A stretch of 64,000 bases of DNA. It comes from Okamejei kenojei. Lineage: Eukaryota. Numbering within the stretch: the stretch's first letter is position 1; every line of letters starts with the position of its first letter. Of the stretch, positions 23,801-36,500 are shown in pieces. The notes under the pieces are model-generated. The model was not told the origin of the DNA, searched no databases, and saw only the letters and a program-made list of their open reading frames with translations. The stretch spans positions 8,432,001 through 8,496,000 of the forward strand of contig CM069160.1 of the NCBI GenBank assembly GCA_035221665.1. Direction: 5' to 3'. Made by a program: the position numbers and the translations under genes.

Positions 23801-26800
23801 CGTGAACTTTATCCTTTCTTTAACAAGGCGACTGGAATGGCACGCATTACTCCAAATGAGACCCAATAATATTTACACCTGCACCATGACTTCCCATCTT
23901 GTATATTCAGCACTCTGACTGATGAATGCTATTATATCTCCGGCCCTCCTCCCCGCCCTATCTACTTGTGTTGGTACTTTCAAAGAACTATGGATTTACA
24001 CCCAAGATCCATCTGTACGTCACTGCTCCCTGGAGTCTTGCCCTTTATCTTTCCTCTTACATTTGACCTTCCAAAATGTAGCAATTCACACTTTTCCAGA
24101 TTAAACAATATCTGCCAATTCTCTACCCACATTGCCAGCTGGTCTATATCCAGTTGGTTTCTTTGACAACCTCTCTCACTTTCAATAACATAAATTTTGT
24201 GTTCTGTGCAAAGCTACTATTCAGCCCACCTATGTTTAGACTTTAACACTTTATACTTTGGAGATACGCTGTGGAAACAGGCCCTTCAGCCCACGGAGTC
24301 CATGCCAACTAATGATCACCCCCTTAAACTAGCACTATCCTACACACTTGGGACGGTTTCAATTTTTACCAAACCCAATTAGTCTACAAACTTGTACATC
24401 TTTGGAGTGTGGGAGGAAACCGGGGCACCTGAGGAAACCCACATGGTCACAGCGAGAATGTACAAACTTTGTATAGACAGCACCCGTAGTCAAGATTGAA
24501 CCCGGGTCTCTGGCGCTGTAACATAGAAACATAGAAAATAGGTGCAGGAGGAGGCCATTCGGCCCTTCAGCCCATTCATTGTGATCATGGCTGATCGTCC
24601 GCTATCAATAACCCGTGCCTGCCTTCTCCCCATATCCCTTGATTCCACTAGCCCCTAGAGCTCTATCTAACTCTCTCTTAAATCCATCCAGTGATTTGGC
24701 CTCCACTGCCCTCTGTGGCAGGGAATTCCACAAATTCACAACTCTCTGGGTGAAAACGTTTTTTTCTCACCTCAGTCTTAAATGACCTCCCCTTTATTCT
24801 AAGACTGTGGCCCCTGGTTCTGGACTCGCCAAACATTGGGACCAATTTTCCTGCATTTAGCTTGTCCAGTCCTTTTATGATTTTATATGTTTCTATAAGA
24901 TTCCCCCTCATCCTTCTAAACTCCAGTGAATACACGCCTAGTCTTTTCAATCTTTCCTCATATGCCACTCCTGCCATCCCAGGGATCAATCTCGTGAACC
25001 TACGTCAGCAACCTACGATAGTAAGTCAGCAATTCTACTGCTATGCCACCGAGCCGCCCCAAATTACTGCCCAAATCATTATTTAGTTTAAAGATAGATG
25101 CAAAATGCTGGAGTAACTCAGTGGGTCAGGTAGCATCTCTGGTGAAAATGGATGGCGGCGCGCACGGGCGCGCGGCTCTCAGCTCTCCGACTAGGTGCTT
25201 CTTGTTTGTAAATAGGTTGTGTGTTGTGTTTAGTGTTTAGTGTCTAATGTGTCCTAGAAATGTGCTACGGGGATACATTTGTTTACCGTCGGTTTTAAAA
25301 ATGGTGCAACACCGACGTTACAAGTGATTTCCAGCGAACTCGCAATCGGGACCGGGAGGCGGCGCAGACGGCGAAGGGGGCGGAGGCGGAAGCAGAAGCG
25401 AGGAAGCCGGGCGGGCCTACTCGCTAGGCTGAGGAAACAGCCGCACAAACGTCTGTTACCGGGCATCTTCCTCACCAACGCCAGATCCATCGTCCGTATA
25501 ACAGACGCACTGGAACTACAGATTGCTGCAAACCCCTACGTTCACGAATGCTGGGTGATGATCATAACAGAAACCTGGCTACACCCGCTGATCCCGGACG
25601 CTGCGGTGCAACTGACGGGCCGTACGTGCCACCCATCGGCCAAGACAGAAACGGTGACTCCGGTAAGAGCAGAGGAGGTGGTCTTTGCATCTATCTACAT
25701 AATAACTGGTGTACAAACAGCAAGATCATATACACCCATTGCTCTCCTCACACGGAAGTAAAGTCTGTCATTTGCAGTCCCTTCCATTTGCCTAGAGAGC
25801 TCAAAGTAGTGATGATGGCAGCTGTCTATATCCCACCACGTGCCAACGTTAGCACAGATCTTGTCCACCTGCATGACACCATCAACAAACAACAGCAGGC
25901 TCATCCTGAGGGAGTTTACATTTTTTGCAGGGGATTTAGAAACATAGAAACATGGAAAATAGGTGCAGGAGTAGGCCATTCGGCCCTTCGAGCCTGCACC
26001 GCCATTCAATATGATCATGGCTGATCATCCAACTCAGTATCCCGTACCTGCCTTCTCTCCATACCCCCTGATCCCTCTAGCAACAAGGGCCACATCTAAC
26101 TCCCTCTTAAATATAGCCAATGAAGTGGCCTCAACTACCTTCTGTGGCAGAGAATTCCACAGATTCACCACTCTCTGTGTGAAAAATGTTTTTCTCATCT
26201 CGGTCCTAAAAGACTTCCCCCTTATCCTTAAACTGTGACCCCTTGTTCTGGACGGCAAGAATGTCTTTCCTCAGATTAGGAGACCAAAACTGTACGCAAT
26301 ACTCCAGGTGTGGTCTCACCAAGACCCTGTACAACTGCAGTAGAAACCTCCTGCTCCTATACTCAAATCCTTTTGCTGTGAATGTTAACATACCATTCGC
26401 TTTCTTCACTGCCTGCTGCATCTGCATGCCTACTTTCAACCAAGCAAGCTTAAAGTCAGTGCTTCCTAAATTCGTACAAATACATACAGTGTCCCACCAG
26501 GGGGAAAAACACACTGGACCACGTCTACCCAAACATAAAGCATGCATATAGAGCAGTACCTCTCCCACATTTGAGCCTGTCAGACCATTTCTCACTGCTC
26601 CTCATCCCAGCGTAGACTCCCCTCAGGAGGAAAACCAAGCTGAACATAAAGATCATACAAACCTGGACTGAGGGAGCAGCTACAGGATTGCTTTAGACAT
26701 AGAGCATGGTATATATTTGAACTACAGGACTACACAGAAACTGTACTGTTCTACATAAAAACTGCACCGATAATGTCACTGGTGAAAAACGCACCCGCGT

Positions 26801-29800
26801 TTATCCCAAGCAAAAACCCTGGATGACTAATGAAGTACAGTCACTCCTGAGAACCCGCAACTCCGCCTTTAGATCGGGTGACAGGGCCCAATACAGCATG
26901 GCAAGAGCAGAACTGAAGAGAGGCTTCAAAGCTGCAAAGGAGGCATACAAGAAAAAAGTGGAGGACCATCTCACACACAATAACCCACGGCAGGTGTGGA
27001 AAGGATTACAGCAAATCACCAATTACAAAGGAAACTCACCTGTGACTGACTGTGCTAAAGCCTCGCTGGCGGAGGAACTAAACCATTTCTTTGCTCGCTT
27101 TGAGGCAAAGAGGCCCCATGCAGTCACCCTGCTCCCACCGACCTCCAGCTCCTATTCGCTCACTCTCCAGGAACACCAAGTGAGGCGTGCGCTCAAGTCG
27201 GTGAACCCAAGGAAAGCCGCTGGACCTGATGGTGTACTCGGCAAAGTACTCAAAGCTTGTGCAGACCAGCTATCAGGGGTCTTTACCAAGATCTTCAATC
27301 TTTCCCTGACACAAGCCACTATACCACCTTGTCTGAAGTCAGCTACCATCATCCCTGTCCCTAAGAAGCCAGTCATAAACAGTCTCAATGACTACAGACC
27401 AATTGCATTAACATCAGTAGTCATGAAATGCTTTGAAAGACTAATTTCACAGCACATCAAAGCCAGCCTCCCCCCAAACCTTCAGTTTGCTTATGGAGCA
27501 AACAGATGGACGGAGGACACCATCGCCACTGCCCTCCACACTGCACTGAGCCAGCTGCAACACCCGGGGAACCATGTAAGGATCCTTTTTATTGACTATA
27601 GCTCAGTTTTTAATACAATCATCCCCGACATACTAGTCAACAAGCTGTCGGACTTAGACTTCCCCCCTCTCACCTGCACCTGGATAAAGGACTTCCTCAC
27701 TAATTGCCCTGTCCCACAGTGCAAGTTCATTCCAAGAGCTCTCCCGAGTTTAAAAAAAATATCAAACTCGTGGTAAGCACGGAGAATGAACGTAGCGGGC
27801 ATGTCGGAGCTCGGGGACGTCTCTTAGCGCTAACGGCAGGTATTCGGGAAGACTCGCTAGCGGCAGGTAAGCACGGGAAGACTCGTGAAAATTTTTCAAC
27901 ATGATGAAAAATGTCCACGAGAGCCCCGAATATGGACGAGTGGCCATTACCGTAAATCTCCGAGTTTCAATCAGGGCAAACTCGGGAGAACTCTTGGAAT
28001 GTACTCGCACCGTGGGACAGGGGTTTAAAACCGCCCACAAACAGTAAAAATGGGCCCCCACATGCATCTCCACCCTCACACTCAGCACTGGTTCTCCACA
28101 GGGCTGTGTGCTGAGTCCACTCTTCTATGCTCTGTACATCTATGACTGTACTCCCATCCACTCCACAAACCCCATTATTAAATTTGCAGATGACACCACG
28201 GCGGCGGGACTCGTATCAGGAGGAGACGAGGCAGCGTACAGAGACGAGGTCCTGAAGCTGTCAGAGTGGTGTTCTGCGAACAACCTGGCACTCAACATCA
28301 GCAAAACAAAGGAAATGGTTATCGCCTACAGAAGGCACAGAGCGGACTCTGCCCCGCTCTGCATCCACGGGGACTGTGTCGAGAGGGTTTCCTCCTTCAA
28401 ATTCCATGGGAACACACATCGCGGAGGACCTCTCCTAGTCTGCCAACACTTCAGCGGTGGTAAAAAAGACCCAGCAGCAATTGCTCTTCCTGAGAGTGCT
28501 AAGGACGAACAGTCTAGAGAAGAAGCTGTTAGTTGTACAGGGTCTTGCTGAGACCACACCTGGAGTATTGCGTACAGTTTTGGTCTCCAAATCTGAGGAA
28601 AGACATTCTTGCCATAGAGGGGGTACAGAGAAGGTTCACCAGACTGATTCCTGGGATGTCAGGACTTTCATATGAAGAAAGACTGGATAGACTCGGCTTG
28701 TACTCGCTAGAATTTAGAAGATTGAGGGGGGATCTTATAGAAACTTACAAAATTCTTAAGGGGTTGGACAGGCTAGATGTTCCCGATGTTGGGGATGTCC
28801 AGGACAAGGGGTCACAGTTTAAAGATAAGGGGGAAATCTTTTAGGACCGAGATGAGAAAAACATTTTTCACACAGAGAGTGGTGAATCTGTGGAATTCTC
28901 TGCCACAGAAGGTAATTGAGGCCAGTTCATTGGCTATATTTAAGAGGGAGTTAGATGTGGCCCTTGTGGCTAAAGGGAGAGAAGGCAGGTACGGGATACT
29001 GAGTTGGATGATCAGCCATGATCATATTGAATGGCGGTGCAGGCTCGAAGGGCCGAATGGCCTACTCCTGCACCTATTTTCTATGTTTCTATGACCTTCT
29101 ACCGCTCCACCATCGAGAGTGTGCTGCATATTGTATCACGGTGTGGTATGCCGGCTGCTCAGTAGCAGACAGGAGAGCACTGCAGAGAGTGATCAAAACT
29201 GCCCAGAAAACCATCGGGTGGCCTCTGCCTTCCCTGGAAGACATCTCCAGCTCTCAGTGCCTCTGTGGAGCCAGGAAAAGAATCAAAGACCCCTCCCATC
29301 CTGAACAGTTCCTGTTCAACCTCCTATAGGCGGTACAGGTGTGTCAAAAGCCGGACAAACAGACTCAAGAACAGTTTTCTTTCCCATGGCCATCAGCACT
29401 CTAAATTCCTCAAATATCCACACAACATGAGAATGCTGTCATCCATTCCACTACAGAACAGACCACTCGGCTAATATTTCTTTTTTTTAAATTCTTTTAA
29501 AGTATTTTGTTTTAAAGTGAATCTTTTAAAGTAATTCTTTTAAAGTGAATCTGTGGAATTCTCTGCCACAGAAAGTAGTTGAGGCCAGTTCGTTGGCCAT
29601 ATTTAAGAGGGAGTTGGATGTGGCCCTTGTGGCTGAAGGGATCAGGGGGTATGGAGAGAAGGCAGGTACAGGATACTGAGTTGGATGATCAGCCATGATC
29701 ATATTGAATGGCGGTGCAGGCTCGAAGGGCCGAATGGCCTACTCCTGCACCTAAAATTATTAAATTTTAAAGTGTAATGTTCTTCCAGTGCAATGTTTCT

Positions 29801-30487
29801 CCCCTGGTGTGATAATTGTAATGTATCTACTATTTCAAGCAGTTAAATAACGTAATATAAAGTATAAAGAATAAGTACGTATACAATATCCTTTATTGTC
29901 ATTCAAACTTTTGGTTTGAACGAAATTCCGTGCCTCGCAGTCATGACAGAGAATAAAATACAGAACGCACAATGAACACAGTTTAACATCCACCACATGT
30001 GAGTCTACCAGAACACCTCCCTACTGTGATGGAAGGCAAAAGTCTTAAAGTCCTTGTGCATTGAATGTATTGGATGTGTTTTTGCCTTGTTTGGACTCGT
30101 TTTGGTTACACTGATCAGGAGTAGCTCTCCTAATTCCATTGTATTTCTAAGTACAATGACAATAAAGGCTTATTATTATTATTATTATTATTATATTGTG
30201 GCGTCAGCCAATACACGGGCCACTTATGCTCGAACCCTCGTCAGGAGGTACAAGGGCAGGCACGTGACGTCATGGGCTAGAGGGAGTGTCCTGGTACTTA
30301 AGGTCATCTCACCTCGAGACCCGAGTAGTCAACAGGTAGCTGAGCCCCGAGAGAACAACCTCGCTCAGCTACAGCAACAATGTTAATATAGTTAGCACCA
30401 ACCTAACGTAACGACTGAATAAACAACTGTTTGAACCGGCCTGACATCTCACCTTTATTTACCACGTTTGGTGCCGCTACATCATCA

Positions 30488-30535
<48 letters not shown>

Positions 30536-33500
30536 GAGACTTTTAAAGTCAGGACCCTTCATCAGTCTTTGAAATTTACAAACTGGAAAAAGGATTCTGA
30601 TTTTCTACTCTATCTAAGCCCCTCATAATTTTATATTCTTCCATCACATCTTCCCTCAACCACCAGCGCTCCAGAGAAAACAGTCCAATTTTGTCCAACC
30701 TCTGCTTATAGCTAATACCCCTAATCCAGACAACATTCTGCACCCTCTGCAAAGCCTCCACATCCTTCCTGCAATGGGGCGACGAGAACAGCACACCGTA
30801 CTCTAAAGGCGGCATAACTAAAGTTTTACAAAGCTGCGTCATGACTTCCTGACTCTTATGCCCAATGCCCTGACTGATGAAGGCTAAGCACACATTACAA
30901 CTCAGCGAGCTAGCGTTAGGGCAGAGGGGTTCCATCACCCAGTGTGTGTGGGGGTGGGGCAGTGGTTCCCATACCATGGGGGAGGCAGCGGGAGGGTGTG
31001 GAGTCACTCATGAAGGCAGTTTGGGGTTCGACACGAAACCCAAAGTGTTGGAGCAACTCAATAGATCAGGCAGCATCTGTGGAGGGAATGGATCACCAAC
31101 GTTTTGGGTAAGGACCCTCCCTCATAAGGGTCTACACGCCAAGCGGCAAGGGGGGTAGATAATGCAGGTCCACACAGCAAGTGTGGCCTTTGGTCAACCA
31201 GAAATGGGTGTGACTTCCCATCCTGGTGACCAAACCCAAGGGTGATAGAGGAGGTAAGACAAATGGTGGAGTAACTCAGTGGGACAGTCTGCATCTCTGG
31301 AGAGAAGGATTGGGTGACGTTTCGGGTCAAGACCCTTCTTCAGACTGATAGAGGTGGTGGCGGGACAAGAGGGGGGTAGGATTGGCGGGCGGAGGGGCAG
31401 GCGACGGCTGGCACAGCCTGACCTACCTTTGCGAGATAGCGCGGAGTCTCCGTACTTGAGGTATTTCTCCAACCATTCCACGCAGATCGTGTCGGTGTAA
31501 TGCTTCTTGTAGAGGTTGTTGGCTGTGTCCCTGTTCCACTTGTCCTTCGTGCTCAAGGCCAAGGGCGAGGCGGTGACCCAGATGGACCGCTCGAAGTCAA
31601 AGCTGATCAGGTCCTGGCCGTTGAAGGCGTACTGGCGCACCCCGCTCACCGTCCCGTTGTCCGAGATGCTGCAGCCCGACGTGTACTGCAGGTAGTTCAG
31701 CTCTAGACATGGAGAGAACGTCAAAAGCCGTCCGAAACTCACACGCATCCTCTACATCCACCAACCCAAGGGTGGCATATGGATACAACAAGATGGATAT
31801 TACCCACCATTACCTGCCCATTACTGTCCCAATTCAGCACGTAACTCAACATCCCGTTACACTCCCGATAGATGTAATAAAACTTTTGGTGACACCATAT
31901 ATTAGTTTTGTTTATTATTATTGTCAAGTCATAGACTCATACAGCATGGAAACAGGCCATTTGGCCCAACTTCCCACACCGACCAATATTCCCATCTGCA
32001 CTAGCCCCACCTGCCTGCGTTTGGTCCATATCCCTCTCAACCTGTCCTATCCATGTGTCCGTCTCATTGCTTCTTAAATGTTGCAATCGTCCCGACATCA
32101 ATTACCTCCTCTAGCAGCTGATCCCATATACCCACCACCCTTTGAGTGAAAAAGTTACCCCTCAGATTCCCATTGAATCTTCCCCCCTTCAGCTTAAACC
32201 TATGTCGTCTGGTTCTCGATTCCCCTGCTCTGAGCAAGAGACTCCGTGAATCTACCCGATCTATTCCTCTCATGATTTTATACACCTCAAGAGTACAGAG
32301 GTGTATTAAAAAGCTTTTCCCTGCATGCTAAAAGGCAATACATGATTACAATCAAGCTGCCCACAGTGTACAGATAAAGGGAATGATGTTTACTGCAAGA
32401 TAATGTCCAATTAAAGATAGTCCAAAGGTCTCCAATGAGATAGGTGGTGACTCAGGCCAGCTTTCTAGTTGGTGATAGAATGGCTCAATTGTCTCTAAAG
32501 AGCCTTTGAAGAAACTGTCCCTGAATCAGGAGGTTTACGTGTTCACACTCCCGTGCCTCTTGCCTAACGGGAAAGGGGAGAAGCAGGAGTGACTGGGGTG
32601 AGACACATCCTTCATTATGCTGGCATTCCTAGGATGGCTGATTTGGAGGGTTGTGTTCAGTTTTGGTTACCCTGCTCTAAGAAGGAAGTTAATAAACTGA
32701 GAAGAGAGCAGAGAAGGTTTACTTTCTCCCCGTGACCTGCGTGGGCTTTCTACTATATATTCCTGGGACGGCACGATTTCCATATGAAGAAAGACTGGAT
32801 AGACTTGGCTTGTACTCGCTGGAATTTAGAAGATTGAGGGGTGATCTCATAGAGACTTACAAAATTCTTAAGGGGTTCGACAGGCTAGATGCAGGAGGAT
32901 TGTTCCCGATGTTGGGGAAGTCCAGGACAAGGGGTCACAGTTTAAGGATAAGGGGGAAGTCTTTTAGGACCGAGATGAGAAAATCGTTTTTCACACAGAG
33001 AGTGGTGAATCTGTGGAATTCTCTGCCACAGAAGGTAGTTGAGGCCAGTCCGTTGGCCATATTTAAGAGGGAGCTGGATGTGGCCCTAGTGGCTGAAGGG
33101 ATCAGGGGGTATGGAGAGAAGGCAGGTACAGGATACCGAGTTGGATGATCAGCCATGATCATATCGAATGGCGGTGCAGGCTCGAAGGCCTGCTCCTGCA
33201 CCTAATTTCTATGTTTCTATGTTTCTATATGTTCGGTTTGCTCTCGCACCCCAAAGATGTAGAGGTTTATGGGTCAATTGGCGGTGCAGACTTGGTGGGC
33301 CGAAGGGCCTGTTTTCACGCTGTATCTCTAAACTAAACTGAAATGTCTGAGCAAATCATTGCCCATGACATGCAGTGTGAATCAAGCAGTGAGGATACAC
33401 GCACCCATCTTGCTGAGGTTAGCTCGCTGCATCATGATCTGGACATTGGCCATGTACAACTTGTGTCGATTGATCAATCTCTGGGTCTCCTTGTCCCAGT

Positions 33501-36500
33501 AGTCACTTCCCAGGGCTCTCTCCATCCAAGGCTGCCGTGCAATGTCCTCCTCGGATTTGCTGTCAAAGTAGGTTATCTGAACGCCATCCAAAACTCCGAT
33601 GTGCACAAACTCGGGAAGGTCCACACTCCCGACCATCGAGGTGTAGTAATACTGCAGTGAGTGAGTCTCTGTAAATCACAACACAACACAACCTCAGAAT
33701 GAGATAACATGGTGCCGGCCTTTCAGACACCTCCCCTCCTCTATCTCCTGCCCACCACCTCCCCAGTAAAATAACATGGAACATAGAACAGTACATTACA
33801 GGACAAAGGCCCTTGGACTCACAATGTTTGTGCCAAACATGACGCCAAGATTAGAAGATCTAATCTGCCGGTACATGGGGCATATCCCTCTATTATTTTC
33901 ACTTTGAATTGAATTGAATTAATTCAGTCTGAACGAAATTTCGCTCCCCTGCAGTCATACACATAATTTAAAAAATGATAGAAACACACAATAAACACCA
34001 ATTTAACATCCACCACAGTGAGTTCACCAAACACCTCCTCACTGTGATGGAAGGCAAAGTCTTAAAGTCTCTGTCTCTTCCCTCTTTGTTTCCCACTTAC
34101 AAGTACCTACCTAAAAGCCTCTTAAATGCCACTATCGTATCTGCCTCCACCACCTGTCAGTGCGTTCCTGGCACCTACCACCCTCGGGGTAAAAATCTCA
34201 CCCAGCACATCTTCATTGAACTTTCCCCCTCTCACCTTATAGCTATGCCCTCTAGTATTGGATATTTTTATTTATTTATTTATTTTTTTTCAAATATTTT
34301 TATTATAGAAACAAAATAATAACAAAGTACATTATTTTGCAATGACGAAAATACATGATATTAATGATATATTCGTACTGTTAATAATATTTGTATTATT
34401 ATTGATTATTAATTTTAAGATTATGTATTTTATATAATTGAGAATACATGGTACTAGTAATACATTCATAATATTAGTAATATACTCGTACTGTTGATAA
34501 TATTTGTATTGTCACTGATTTTGAAATGTAGGACCATATTTTATATAATTGAAAATACGTAATACTAGTAAAACCTTCATGATATTCATTATATTTTCAT
34601 ACTGTTAATAATATTTGTATTATCATTGATTTTAAAATTTAAAATTATATATTTTATATAATTGAAAATACATGATACTAATAATACTTTCATGAAATTA
34701 GTAATATTTATATTCGTACTGATATTAAAAATTTAAGATTATGTGTTTCTATACATTTTTCTAATTTTTTATAAAAGTATGAAAAAATAGAGAAAAAAGA
34801 GTGTGAAAAGTTTGATGGAGAATGGAGTATTAATCATTAATCCGTCCTTGGAGATGTATTCATGATTTATTATATATATTTCTTCATCCATTCAAATATT
34901 CAGGCCGATATGTTAACTCTAGGGGAAAAAAGGTTCTGTCTACCTACCCTGTCTATGCATCATGATTTCATCTACTTCTATCAAGCCTCCCTTCAACCTC
35001 TAATGTTTCAGAGAAAACAATCCAAGTTTATCCAACCTAATGGGCAGAGAGAGCTCAAGAAATGAATGCCTTCATCTGAATGGAGACACAAGGAACTGCA
35101 GATGCTGGAATCCTGAGCAAAACACAAAATGCTGGAGTAACTCAGTGGGTCCGGCAGTATCTGTGGAGGGCAGGCCGCGTTTCAGCTCAGGACCCTGTTT
35201 CGACTACATCTCCGTTGGAAGAAAATTATTAAAACAGAGAGGTGAAAGTGTACACTTATAGTCTCCACACTACAGGAAGAATGTGGCTACGGGGAAAACG
35301 TACACACAGACAGCACCCATAGTCAGGATTGAACCCAGGTCTCTGGCGCTGTAAGGCAGCTGCTCTACATCTGCGCCACCATGCTTGTAGGAATCTGAGG
35401 GGCAACTTGTTCATGCAGAAGGTGATGGCTATATGGAACAAGCTTCCAAAAGTGGTATTTGAGGCAGGTACTATAGTAGCAGGTACAACATTTAAAGACT
35501 TTTGGACAGGTGCACGGATAGGAACGGTTCAGAGGGATATTGGCCAACCGCAGGAAGCTAGGAATAGTGAAGATGGTCGCCTTGGGCAAGTTGGGCCAAA
35601 GATCCTTTTTCCATGCAGTATGACACCGAGTAATTCCAACATTTTCTAATTTATTTTTCACATTGCAGACTGAGGGGTGATCTGTATAAAACCATGAGGG
35701 GAATAGACACGATGCATATACAGAGTTTTTTTAAGCGAGGGTAGGGAAATCAAATAGAAGAGGACATAGGTATAGAAGTGGATAGGTATATGGACGTGAA
35801 GGGAATGGAGGGGTATGGTCTGAGTGCAGGTAGACGGGACTAGGGGAAAACAAATGGTCGGCACGGACTGGAAGGGCCGAGAGGGCCTGTTTCCGTGCTG
35901 TAATTGTTATATGGTTATATGTTCAAGGTGAGAAGGGATAGATTTAATGCAGACCCGAGAGCTATCTTTTTCACTCAGAGGGTAGTAGCATATAGAACCA
36001 GCTGCCGGAGGAGGTAGTTGAGGCAGGCATGATAACTGCATTTAAAAGATACTTAGTCAGGTACGTGGAGAGTAAATTTTTAAAGGGATGTGGGCCAAAC
36101 GTGGGCAAATGGGACTAACTTAGATGGGCCTGCTTCGGGGAATGAAGGAGTTATGCCGAATGGTCTGTTTCATTGCTGTATGACTCCAGTAGAGATGTGA
36201 ACACAATAAACAGCATAGACAGGGTGGGTCATAGGGCCTGCTCTTGTACTCTATAAATCTATGATTATATCGTTCGCAAATTTATGTTGACCTATTTATT
36301 TATCACGCATTGACCTGGCTCTCCACTTTTCCATACCCCCGCCCCCATTATAATGTCATTCTCGACCCGAAATTGCACTTGTCCATGTTCCCCAGAGTTA
36401 TTCCACATCTTCCCATCTTTCTCCCCCCCCCCCCCCCCCCATCTGCCTTCCGCAAAGACCGCTCCCTCCGCAACTCCCTTGTCAATTCTTCCCTTCCCCC

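Noticed and set aside
31427-33668. CD1/MR1-like or class II/W-category identity for the MHC gene
   Set aside because: The alpha1+alpha2+alpha3 organisation with retained peptide-terminus anchors and a polar, charged groove argues against a lipid-binding hydrophobic groove or a two-domain chain.
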